Below are positions 37,960 through 49,328 of a DNA stretch of 64,000 bases, in pieces. The notes beneath the pieces are model-generated. The model was not told where the DNA came from, did no database searches, and saw nothing but the letters and a program-made list of their open reading frames with translations. The position numbers and the translations under genes are program-made. The stretch is from Chiloscyllium plagiosum. Lineage: Eukaryota. The DNA lies in contig NC_057753.1 in the NCBI RefSeq assembly GCF_004010195.1, positions 1,749,930 to 1,813,929 of the forward strand, read 5' to 3'. How positions within the stretch are numbered: position 1 is the stretch's first letter; each line of letters begins with the position of its first letter.

Positions 37960-39320
37960 ATTTTAACAGAAGGGATACAGAGAGGGAATGTATAATTAAT
38001 GGTAGAATTATGAAGACTATGCAGGGATCCAGGGATTTCTGTTTAATGTGCACATATCATTGAATGCAATGAGATATATTCGTTATCAAGAAAGCAAATT
38101 GGATCGCGATCTTTCTACATGTTGGTGTTGTAAACAAAAGGAGCCAAGCCATATTATACGTTGATAGAGATATCATCAGGTCACAATTCGATTTTTGTGT
38201 GCACTTCCAGTCATGACATTTTAAAACGGTTGTGAGGGTCCACGAGATCGTTTCAGATGAGATTTATCAGAATAGCAAAGCAGGTTGAGGAGAGATTCGA
38301 TTCATTTACATGAGTTGTAGCATGGTTTAAAAATGTAGCAAAAGATAATGCATTCTCTTTATCTCATTTTATACTGATGAGGGACAGATTGACGTTTCTG
38401 ATAAAAGAAGCAGCGGGAGCATGTGATCAGAATATTTCTTTCAATTGATAGTAATGTCTTGGAGCTTGTGGGCCCTTGATTGTGGTGGTAACAGAGAGAC
38501 TGAGGGGTTCAAGTGCATAATTCTTTGAAATGTAGCCATTTCAGAGAACTAGATAGAGTGGACAGTGAGAGTTTCTTCCCTTGGATAGTGATGACGAGCA
38601 TAAACGGACTTCGCTTTAAATTGAAGAGTTACAGTTAGAGGACAGACGTCAGAGATATTTTCAAAGTAGCCAGAATGATGAGAAGGCGTTTTACACGATT
38701 GCCTTTATTGCTCAGATCGTTGAGTAGAGGATGTTGGAAAATTATTTTGAGTTTGTGGAGGATGTTGGTGAAACCTCTTCTTGAGTATTTTTCGCAGTTG
38801 TGTTTGCCCTGTGAAAGGAAATATTTAATTAGATTGGAGAGGGCCCAGAATACATTTACTTATATGTTATGGGGAATTGAGGCTTTGCTCGAGGAAAGTA
38901 GGTTGGATTGGGTGGAATTCCTTCACTGGATTTTCGGAGGTAAGAGGTGGCATTTTCGAGGTTTTTGAATATCATGGGGGTCATAGATAAGATGAACAAC
39001 AACAGTATTTAACCTCAGTTGGGGTAGTTCAAAACAAAGGTGTGAAAGTTTTAGGTGAGAGGAGAAAGATTTAAAAAGGGCGTGAGAGAGTTAACCTTTT
39101 ACACAGAGAGTGATTAATGCATGGAATGAATTGCCTGAGGTAGTGATGGATACTGAGGCATTTAAAATGTTCAAAATACATTGGAAAATGTAAATGAATA
39201 AGAAAGGTTTTCAGGAATACGGACCAATCACAGGCAAGTGGGTTAAATTTAGGCCCAGAACATGGTTGCCGTGGGTGTGCTTTGACTGAAGTGTCTGCTT
39301 TCATATTGTAAGACTCTATG
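37960..39320 (+). mobile_element. Stacked degenerate CR1 3' fragments
   Basis: Ancient fragment (paralog of 11080-11780) followed by further CR1 pieces (LVKPLLEYFSQL…LERAQNTFT; tail gactctatga). Confidence 0.7.
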
Positions 39321-41229
39321 ATTGTTTGTGATAAAGGCATAAGGGTTACCACACATTTTGGATGCATGGACGTACGCTCATCAATGAATCCAACTGGTAG
39401 AAGTGAAGTCACTAACTATCGAATCTCTTCAATGTCCATGTAAGTTCGGAGAGGATCAAGAGGGCTACCCACTGAGCCGCAGCACTGACAGAGGTTTTGC
39501 TTTTGCTGACTTTGTGGAAATAAATTTCCAGTCCTCCTGACAGATAAAATGTTCTCCAACCAAACGAACAGAAGAACATTTAGTGCTCATGTTATACATT
39601 CCTGATGAATCAAGTACATTGATCAAATCTTTTGGAAACTTTGTTTTGAGTTTCTTGTCTGTCAAACCTCTGCTTGCCCTGCCTGATAAGTGTTCAAAAT
39701 CAATCATTTCATCCAGGAACGAAATTCAGAACAAACAAATAACTCTGTTCATTTGAGTTTGCTGAGAATAAATCCTGCCCATATAACCTTTTAAGAAAGG
39801 AGGTACATGCACGTGCCCTGCTGAATCTCGCCCTGCATTATGTGCATGTGTTTCATGGAATGTTTTCACAATAAAGATGGAGGCAATAACATGGTCCTAC
39901 CAAAGTTAAAAGAAATCAGCAATTTCCTTTCGTTAGTTTCGAAATTCCTCCGTTTCTTCAGGTTTTCACGAAGATCCCCAACCCAATTTGTTGACTTCCC
40001 ACCCACTCTGTTTCTCACGAGCTCACTCGTTAAATTTTCGTTGTTCTCATTTGAGTAAATGTAACAATAAAGCTGATTCTAATTCTTATTCATCAGTTAG
40101 CTTGCCTGTTGTGGGAGGCCAGGGATGCAGCCTTGAATATATAGTTCAGGGAATGTGAAGCCGATGTGCGATTTCAGTGCAAAGACTTACATTTTGCTTG
40201 TTTTTTTTTAGTTCATCGTCTGGACGGTTTTTCAACAGGATAAATTCAAGCCCACGATCAGAGTTCCAGCAGAAATGACTGACATGACATCAATGCATAA
40301 TTCCATTGGTTGGTGACAGGCACTAATTTGATTATGTAGTATAGGTTACTTTCAGAGTAACCGTAAATTGTGGAAATATTTACAGAGTTGCACGAATCTC
40401 CAGAAAAAATCGAACTGTGTTTTAAATAATTGAAAAAAATGCCAGGCCAAGTGATAGGTTCGAACTGCATGAGTTGGGAACTTATTGACTCCATCCTGGT
40501 TCATATTGAACTATGATGTTTCTCCACAGACCTACTGAGTTCTGTCGCCAATGATGTTTGCGTGAGGTTCTTTGATTCAAAACTTATGAGCTTGAATATC
40601 ATCTCCGACAACTGCAACATAACAGGGGCGAGGCGAGTTAACTGAATGTTGATTTTGAGTAAGCAGCCATTTCCCCGAGATTAACTACTGCAAATTCGAC
40701 CAGGAACAGGAGGGTGTGACCAGAAACGAGGCAGGTGGAGGGTTCCGGGAGATAGTGCTGAAGGAAAGAAAACCCATGTGTTTCTACCTCAGTCTTGGAT
40801 CTCAAACTCTACTCCTGATGAGTTTCACATGTTCAACGGTCATTGGTTCGATAAAAGCAGGTGCTGTCAAACTGGGTAAAAGCGAATTCAGGAATGTTCA
40901 CCAAGTTCTCTGGAGGTAGAAACATATTTTATATTGTGTGTCATCTCTGTTTCTGCAGACAGAGCTGTTTCACATCTACAAATATTAACAGTCATGTTTA
41001 TCAGTATGGATGCTGATAATATGCTTGGGGAAAGACGAGAACGTCGATATAGTATTTAAACATACGGAGGCTCCTACTTAAGATGGGGAGAAAAGAAAAA
41101 CGTGGATCCAGGGTCTTTGAATTGTTGTTCATGGTGCTGCTAAGTATCTTCCTGCTGAACAAGAGAGTCAACAGTTGTTGGGTTGGCATGAATGTGGTTT
41201 TGGTGTTATACTCAGTTCATTCGTGATCT

Positions 41230-41775
41230 TATAGACATGGAGTTGTACAGCGCACTGAAACAGATCTTACAGTTCAAGTCCCCATGCCGCTCAGATAGCC
41301 CATATTATTCTATTCCGATTTGCAGCATTTCCCCCATATCCACCTAAAGGATTATTGTTCACGTACCCATTCAAATGCTTGTTAAATATGTTAATTACAG
41401 AAGCCTCCACCACTTCCTCTGGCAGCTCATTCCTTACATGCACCAACATTTGTGTGCAAATGAGCCCCTGCTTTCACTTCTATATCTTACCCCTCTTCCT
41501 GTTCACTGCAGTTTGGATTCTCCGTCATCAGAGAAAGACAGCTTCCACTATCCATGCCCTTCATGATTTTATAAACCTTCATAAGCACACCCCTCAGCCT
41601 CCGTCAGTCCAAGGAAGAAAGTCACTGCCGATTCAGCCTCTCTCCGTAACTCAATTCTCCAGACCTGGCAACATTCATATAAAACGTTTCTGAATCTTTT
41701 CAAGTTTTACTACATCTTTTCTGTAGCAGGGAGATTTGAATGAATTTTTCCAAAAGTGGCCCAACCAATCTTGTT
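41230..41775 (-). mobile_element. CR1 LINE 3' end
   Basis: PCYRKDVVKLEKIQKRFI on the minus strand; paralog of 13825-14375. Confidence 0.75.
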
Positions 41776-41779
41776 GAAT

Positions 41780-43355
41780 GGCTGAGCAGTGGGAATCGAG
41801 GGAAGTGATTGCTGGGCCTCTTGCTGAGATATTTGTATCATTGATAGTCGGGCCTCTTGCTGAGATATTTGTATCATTGATAGTCACAGGTGAGGTGTCA
41901 GAAGACTAGAAGTTGGCTAACGTGGTGCCACTGTTTAAGAAGGGCGGCAAGGACAAGCCGGGGAACTATAGGTCAGTGAGCCTGCTGTCAGTGTTGGGCA
42001 AGTTATCGGAGGAATCCTGAGGGACAGGATGCACATGTATTTGGAAAGGCAAGGACTGAGTAGGAATGCTGAACATGGCTTTGTGAGTGGAAAATAATGT
42101 CTCACAAGCTTGATTCAGTTGTATGAAGAAGTAACAAAGAATATTGATAAGGGCAGAGCGGTTGATGTGCTCGATATGGACTTCAGTAAGGCATTCGACA
42201 AAGTTCCTCATGGGAGACTGGTTAGCAAGGTTAGATCTCACGGAATAGGGGGAGAACGAGCCATTTGGTTACAGAACTAGCTCAAAGGTAGAAGACAGAG
42301 GGTGGTGGAGGAGGGTTGTTTCTGACTGGAGGACTGTGGCCATTGGAGTACGACAAGGATCAGTGCTGCGTCCTCTACTTTCTGTCATTTATATAAATAA
42401 TTTGGATGCGAGCATATGAGGTAGCGTAAGAACGTTTGAAGATGACACCAAAATTGGAGATGTAGTGGATAGCGAAGAAGGTTACCTCAGATTACAACAG
42501 GATCTTGACCAGATGGAACAACGGGCTGAGAAGTGGCAGATGGAGTTTGATTCAGATAAATGCGAGGTGCTGCATTTTGAGAAAGCAAATCTTAGCAGGA
42601 CTTTACACTTAACAGTAAGGTCCGAGGGAGTGTGGTTGAACAAAGACATTGGAGTGCAGGTTCATAGCTCGTTGAAAGTGGAGTCGCAGGTAGATATGAT
42701 AGTGAAGAAGGTGTTTGATATGCTTCCCTTTATTGGTCATAGTATTGAGTACAGGAGTTGGGAAGTCACGTTGCTGCCAAACAGAACATTAGTTCACTGT
42801 TGGAATATTGCGTGCAATTCTGGTCTCCTTCCTATCGGAAGGATGATGTGAAGTTTGAAATACTTCAGAAAAGATTTACATGGATGTTGCCAGGGTTGGA
42901 GGATTTGAGCTATAGGGGGAGGCTGAACAGGCTGGCACTGTTTTCCCTGGAGCGTTGCAGGCTGAGGTGTGACCTTTAGAGGTTTACAAAATTATGAGGG
43001 GCATGGAGCGGATAAATAGGCAAAGTCTTTTTTCTGGGGTGGGAGTGTACAGAACTAGAAGGCATAGGTTTAGGGTGAGAGGAGAAAGATGTAAAAGAGA
43101 CCTAAGGGGCAGCTTTTTCACACAGAGGGTGGTACGTTTATGGAATGACCTGCCAGAGGAAGTGGTGAAGGCTGGTACAATTGCAAAATTTAAAAGGTAT
43201 TTGGATGGGTATATGAATAGGAAGAGTTTGTAGGGATATGGGTCTGGTACTGGCAGGTGTGACTAGATTGGGTTTGGATGGGTTGGGGTCGACATGGGCG
43301 TGTTGAATCGAAGGGTCTGTTTCCATGCTGTAAATCACTATGACTCTATGACTCT
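41780..43355 (+). mobile_element. 5'-truncated CR1 LINE (RT and 3' end)
   Basis: [42 protein letters not shown]; tail ctatgactctatgactct; 36-bp tandem duplication at 41814-41885. Confidence 0.92.
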
Positions 43356-43814
43356 GTATGTTTATATGAATGATCATACTGAAGCTATCCGCTCAGGTGT
43401 AAGCATAAAAAGTAGATCTTTAAATAAAGGTGAGATTTTGGACCGAATTCAGTTAGGCCTTTCAACTCTGTTTATGGAGTCATTCCCATAAGGTTGCTTA
43501 TGAGGAGCACAGCCTCAGAATGTGAATCAGGGAATAAGTGGAAAAAGTGTTTGAGTTCATCTTACTTAAGAAAGGGAGAGAAATGAAGAATCAAGCCTTT
43601 TGAGAATTGTAGACACTGGAGAAGAGTGAAAAGGATTTAGTTACACTGGTTTAGGTAATCCAAATAAATCCTCCCTGCTCCTGAGTTTGCCGCTTCAGGG
43701 TTTGCTTTTTTGCCTGGAATCATTCTCAGCAGCCATCTCTGTTTAATAGGGCTCGCAATTCAGAACTAGTTGTCTCGGTTTCTGATCAATTTCTAGCTGT
43801 GCTCATCACAATTC

Positions 43815-44130
43815 AGAGAAACTGTATCGAAACAGAGACTTTGGCTGAACAAGTCCACACCGACTCTTGGAAGAATATCCCAACCCTACATTTACCCCGA
43901 CTCATGCACTTAACCTACAGGTCCCGGAATACTATGGACAATTTAGCATGGCCAATTCATCGAAACTGCATATCTTTGCATTGTGGGAGGAAACCGGACC
44001 ACCTGAAGGAAACCCACGCAGATACAGGGAGAATGTACAAATTCCACGCAGAATGTCGCACGATGTGGGAAACGAACGTGGGTCCCTGGTGCTTTGAGGC
44101 AGCAGTGCTCACCATTGAGCCACTGTAATG
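43815..44130 (-). mobile_element. HE1-like SINE
   Basis: Minus strand acagtggctcaatggtgagcactgctgcctcaaagcaccagggacc…tgtgggtttccttcaggtggtccggtttcctcccaca. Confidence 0.85.
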
Positions 44131-44603
44131 CCTTAATGTTGGAAATGAATGTTGGAATGAATTCAAGGGAGTAGTGCAGAGCCAGCATGACGCATTATCT
44201 CAGAGTTGTCGTGAAGCATTGTGAAATCCGTTTTCATGCTAATCAGTATTACTGAGAACATTGGTAATCATGATAACCTCCTTTATATATAATTATCATC
44301 ACAGATCATCATAATATTTTGACGTGAGATTATATGCAAGATAAAGTTGACGAGAGCGGAAATATTTTGGTTTTCACTACGTTTTCCTTCTTGAATCACT
44401 CCTTGCCCTTTTAATTCCAGGCATTTCTGCGAACAAGTATTGATGTATCTCAGGGACTGCTGATCACAACATAGAAGACAAAGTAGGAGAATTCAAGAAC
44501 ACAGCCTAATCAGGACAACATGAGTAAATGAACACAAAAAGCATGTATAATCAATAATGCTGAAATAAAATTACATTTTTCTGTGATTTTAATGTGATCA
44601 CTA

Positions 44604-45494
44604 TTAAAATGATTGATACACAAGTGACAGGGAAAATATGAACAGTTTCTTCAGTTGCTCTCCAAATTTACACTGTATTCCTGCATAAATAAATAGGTTG
44701 ATGCAGAAACTCAAAAGCTGAAGCATCAACCCACCTTCTTCAACAATCTTTGATTCATTGTAATTTGAACCTGAGAAATACCTCCCGTTCGCAATTTGTA
44801 TATTGAGGAAAATCAGGAGAACCAACAAATACGAGAGGAGGAAACTGCCCGAGATGGCGAAGAGTTTCTTCCGTTTTTCCATATCTGGGTCACTTTGATT
44901 CTCTCCAATTCTCTTGAACTGGAATCTCCTGCGAACTCTGCTGGCCAAAACAATGTGCCTGACAGTGAGGGCATTGAACAGCAAAATCAGAATGAATGGA
45001 AGGCAACTGGGTTTGAAATTCCTATCATCCAGTTGAATGCAACGCAACTGGGCGAGGTATAAAATATGGATTTGGTGTTGCAACACTAAGGTACGTTGTT
45101 TGTGATAAAGAAAGGCTCGTAAATAAAGTACAAGGGGATGTTTCTGATGCAGCTCAGCATGCAGGGAGTTGCTGTAACTACAACCACTACTTTTCCAGTG
45201 CAATATTTCATTTTCAGCTTCTGGCAACAAATGACAATAAATAGAGCAAAAGTAAAAGTGGCAATTACCCAGGGAGACGAATCTCTGACTCCATAAAGTT
45301 ACACACGACTGTCCCTACAGACCGGGGTGATGGACAGAAATGTCATTGGGAAGTAAATAGCACAAAGCGATTTATTATCACAGCTGTGATAATGACCAGG
45401 AGATTAGTTACCGTCAAGGAAATCAAGTAATATGCAATGAATTTTGAAAGACCGCACTTGTCGCATGACATGATAACGATCATTGAAAGGTTAG
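44604..45494 (-). pseudogene. Exon 2 of a disabled GPR139/GPR142-like paralog
   Basis: Colinear with 17458-18371; acceptor ttttttttcatag|CT AAC retained. Lesions: 1-nt deletion near 45360 (NRFV/IYFP), DRF changed to ALF, TGG->TAG at VP* (~45087), frameshift near 45008 (NP/CLPF), 12-nt deletion removing SIVL before LFAIS, NPFIY changed to NLFIY. Confidence 0.9.
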
Positions 45495-47075
45495 CTATGA
45501 AAAAAAAGACATCATGAGTGAATACTGTACATGAAATCAACGAACGTAGATGGTGTCTGAGAAAGACACGCGCAGTTATTTTGCTATGAAAATCTTCCTG
45601 GCAGCAATTACAAAGAGAATAAAGAGTTCACATTTTGCACTGATTTTCAATTCAACTGCAGAAAGATAAAAACCTCCAATTGGCAGCGAACACAATCGCA
45701 TGTAATTGTGGCAATGGGGGAGTATTCTCAGTTTTCACATTATTTTTTAGATGCAGATGCAGGAAATTCCTTCTATTCTGTTATTGGAAAATTAGTACAG
45801 AGAAATAAAAGCAAAAGTAATCTGAAACGTTAGTAATCTGAAGAAGCAGTAATTGTATGCTATCCAAGGAATGCAAACTAATTTTTAAAAAAAGAAGGCA
45901 TTGAAAGTAAAACATTTCATTTTGACGCACATGTGCAGGCAGAGATAAGTTTAAAAGAAAAGTAAACTTGTTTTGAAAGGAAAGAAAAACTGGGATTGCA
46001 ACTGATAATGATCTTAAGCTAATACAACATTTTTCTGTGACAGACAACAGCGCAATAGAATAGACGAAATCTAGACATAATTCAGTTGGCAATGTTCTCC
46101 TGTTTGATTCGAATGATTTTTGTTTCTAATCGAATGGCAAGACTTCAGAATTGACTAAATATAGAACTGCCCAGGATGTTGCATTTGTGAAAAACTAATA
46201 AATGTAAAGTACGAAGAATAGCATTTCAATACAAAATCTAACTGAACTGTCAAGAAACTACCGTTAATATTCCATCGCAAACAACAAGCATTGCACCATT
46301 GTAGAACTACACAACGTCAGTCGTTGTGCAGATGTAAAACATGTGGTAAGTTTGTAATGTGATAATTAATTGACAGATGTATTGCTCAAAATCCTTTAGA
46401 AGTGCAATTCAGTAGTCATCCCACTGAGATTATTCGTGGGCAGTCATGGTGGTAGGAACACAACAGTACAACTGTTCTGAGTTCTGATGATAACAATAAG
46501 CCATTTAAAGAGTGGAAAAATTGTAGTACTCAAGAAAAATAATTGCACTACCCAAGTAAGCAAACTATGCAATTGAAAAGGAAAAATAACATAGTTATTC
46601 CAAAATAAGATAGAATTTCATGGATTTTTTTTCGTGAAATGGAACATCAATGTCCATTAAAGGAAGCAGAGACGCTCTAACCCACTGAACTTAAAGTTAC
46701 CATACTCTTGCTGGACCATAGGGTTGCTGTTGTGTGAGAGAGAAAACGCTAGTGATGATTTAATCTGAAGGTCATTATGCATCAGGCGAAATAGAGGTTA
46801 AGAAGAATAGTCCATCGTGTTAAACGTAGTCAGTGCATGAATTGAACCAAAATACAGCAGTCAAGTCAAAATGCTAACTGACTCCATTAAAAATTGCATA
46901 CCCCAAATAAGCAATCCTACTGAATTTCGCCAAGTTATCGAACTGAATATCGAAAAGATTATGAGGTCATTGGGACCACAGTATTGATAACTGAAAGAAG
47001 GGGTAACTTGCTATGAGAAAATTAAAGAAACTATTGTAAATCATTTTTATTCAGAAACTGATGCATATCCTTTAC

Positions 47076-47145
47076 TTGGAAGGCCAGTAGTTGTCAAGAT
47101 TGGATAGTAAACATCAAATACGATCCATTTTAGTAATCCATGCAT
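47076..47145 (-). pseudogene. Exon 1 (70 nt) of the GPCR pseudogene
   Basis: ATG CAT GGA TTA CTA AAA TGG ATC GTA TTT GAT GTT TAC TAT CCA ATC TTG ACA ACT ACT GGC CTT CCA A|gtaaag = MHGLLKWIVFDVYYPILTTTGLP; same length and donor as 20221-20290. Confidence 0.88.
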
Positions 47146-47364
47146 TTCTATCTCAAGCTGCAGTTGCTTTCAGCACTATAGCAGATGACATTTAGAACTG
47201 ATGCCAGACTCCAGGGGATAAAATTAATTGCATTGCGCTTTTGCAATAATTACTCTAATTGAAGCAAGCAGATGAAAGATTCTTCTTTCCAGCTCTCCTT
47301 CAATTTTGCTGGAAAACAGATTTTATTCGTGGTCAATGGCATTGCTTCAAGTTGTAGTCGCTCT

Positions 47365-48210
47365 GTTTTGAGAAGATTTGTAGCTCAGGTTGAGGTTTTG
47401 GATTTAGGTTTGCTCGCTGAGCTTGATGGTTCATTTCCAGACGTTTCATCACCCTAATAGATAACATTTCAGTGGGCTCAGGTGAAGCACTGCTGAAAAT
47501 TCCTGCTTTCAATTCATATGCTTGGGTTTCTTTGGGTTGGTGATGTCATTCCATGTTATTTCCTGTGGTGAAGTAACTTCCTGTTCCTTTTCTCAGGGGG
47601 TGGTAGATGGGGTCTAACTCGATGTGTTTCGGTTGGAATGTCATGCATCGAGGAATTCTCGATCGTGTCTTTATTTGTCATGTCCTAGGATGGATGTCTT
47701 GTCCCAGTCGAAGTGGTGTCTTTCCTTATCCACATGTAAGGATACTAGTGAGAGAGTGTCATGTCTTTTGTGGCGAGTTGGTGTTCAAGTATCCTGGTGG
47801 CTAGTTTTTTACCTGTTTGTCCAGTGTAGTGTCTGTTATAGTCCTTGCACGGTATTTTGTAAATGACATCAGTTTTGGCTGTTGTCTGCATTGGTCATTC
47901 AAGTTCATTAGCTGCTGTTTTAGTGTGTTGGTGGGTTTGAGGGCTACCATGATGCCAAGGTATCTGAGTAGTCTGGCAGTCATTTTCGAGATGTCTTTGA
48001 TGTAGGGGAGAATGGCTAGGTTTTCTGGACGTGTTTTATCTGTGTATTTGTGTTTGTTGCTGAGAAATCGGCGGACAGTGACCATTGGGTACCCATTGTT
48101 GTTGAATACACGGTATAGGTGATTTTCCTCTGCTCTGCATAGGGCCTCTGTGCTGCAGTGTGTGTTGGTCGTTGAAATAAAGTTTTGATGCAGCTTCGTA
48201 GTCGCTGTGT
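47365..48210 (-). mobile_element. Penelope-like element (family 2), 3' part with GIY-YIG region, ~220 bp upstream of the pseudogene ATG
   Basis: RSCIKTLFQR, LPYIKDISKMTARLL, KPTNTLKQQL; tail with decayed hammerhead (CTGAAA…GAAACGTC) at ~47437-47475. Confidence 0.88.
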
Positions 48211-49328
48211 TTTTTTTAAAAAACTAAAATGTGTAATTGGCTGCTGCAAATGTGCACAAGAATTTTTTGCATGCAATATCCTTGTCTATGAAAAAGAAAA
48301 TCATTGACCTGACATCGTGTATTTAACGGAATATGCGGCCACGTTTCCTTTCCTGTTTATTATTCAGTTTGTGCAATCAGTGATTAGTTCCATGCTGCGT
48401 TCCAGTTCCTGTGAAACTGTACAACCACTTTAAAGCATCAGTCTGTGCAATGATTATGGGTATATCCATTATATTTCATGCTACGTTCACAGAGTCAGTT
48501 ACATTTACAAGTACTTCGTGTGCAGCCCGGACTACGTGGTACCCGTTATATTATATCCTTATTTGTTAAGCACATTTTGATTAAATTCAATTCAACATCC
48601 GCTGTTCATATTCGCAAAAGTATTAGAATGGATATTTTATACTTTCTGTCTATGTATTTAGCGTGGGTAAAGCCTGTTCAGTGTGATTACATTCATCACA
48701 AACTGGTCCAGTGCGTACTGTTGCATTCTGTCCACACAGGATCATATCACTGTGGTTGCCTTCAGTCAGGGGGTTGTGTAAGGGAGGGTGGAGTTACATC
48801 TATTCATTGAACATATAGGAACTGCCCCATTTTCACAAAACCACATTGAGTGCAGACAGGCTCATTCAGTACTCTCTGATACAAAAGGACCGATCCATGT
48901 CCTCCTCAGGTATATTTAGTCAGACCTAAAAGTTACAGAGGAGCACACTTCATGTCAACGCAGAGAGAAGCATTGCAACAAGTTAACATCATTGTGAAAA
49001 TGTGAATTTGGTTACTGTAGAGTGAAAGGAACTAGTGAATATTTGCCTTACATTCAAGGTACACAGCTTCCGTTCAGCTCAGTTATATTAAACGTACACA
49101 GGATCAGTTGAGGACACTTGCCTTTGTTGTGCCAAGTCCACGTCAGCAGCTTTTTTCAAGACGAGAACATGTTCAGCAGCAGATGAGCTCATTGAGTTTC
49201 AAATGGTGAGGCAAAATGTAAAATGACAAGAGTTGTTTCCTGTGTTTGCAAGACATCACCGAAAAATAAGCTGCTGTTTCAGGTGAGTGCCTGAAATGTC
49301 TGCAGAATAGATCTTAGGAGAGACATGG

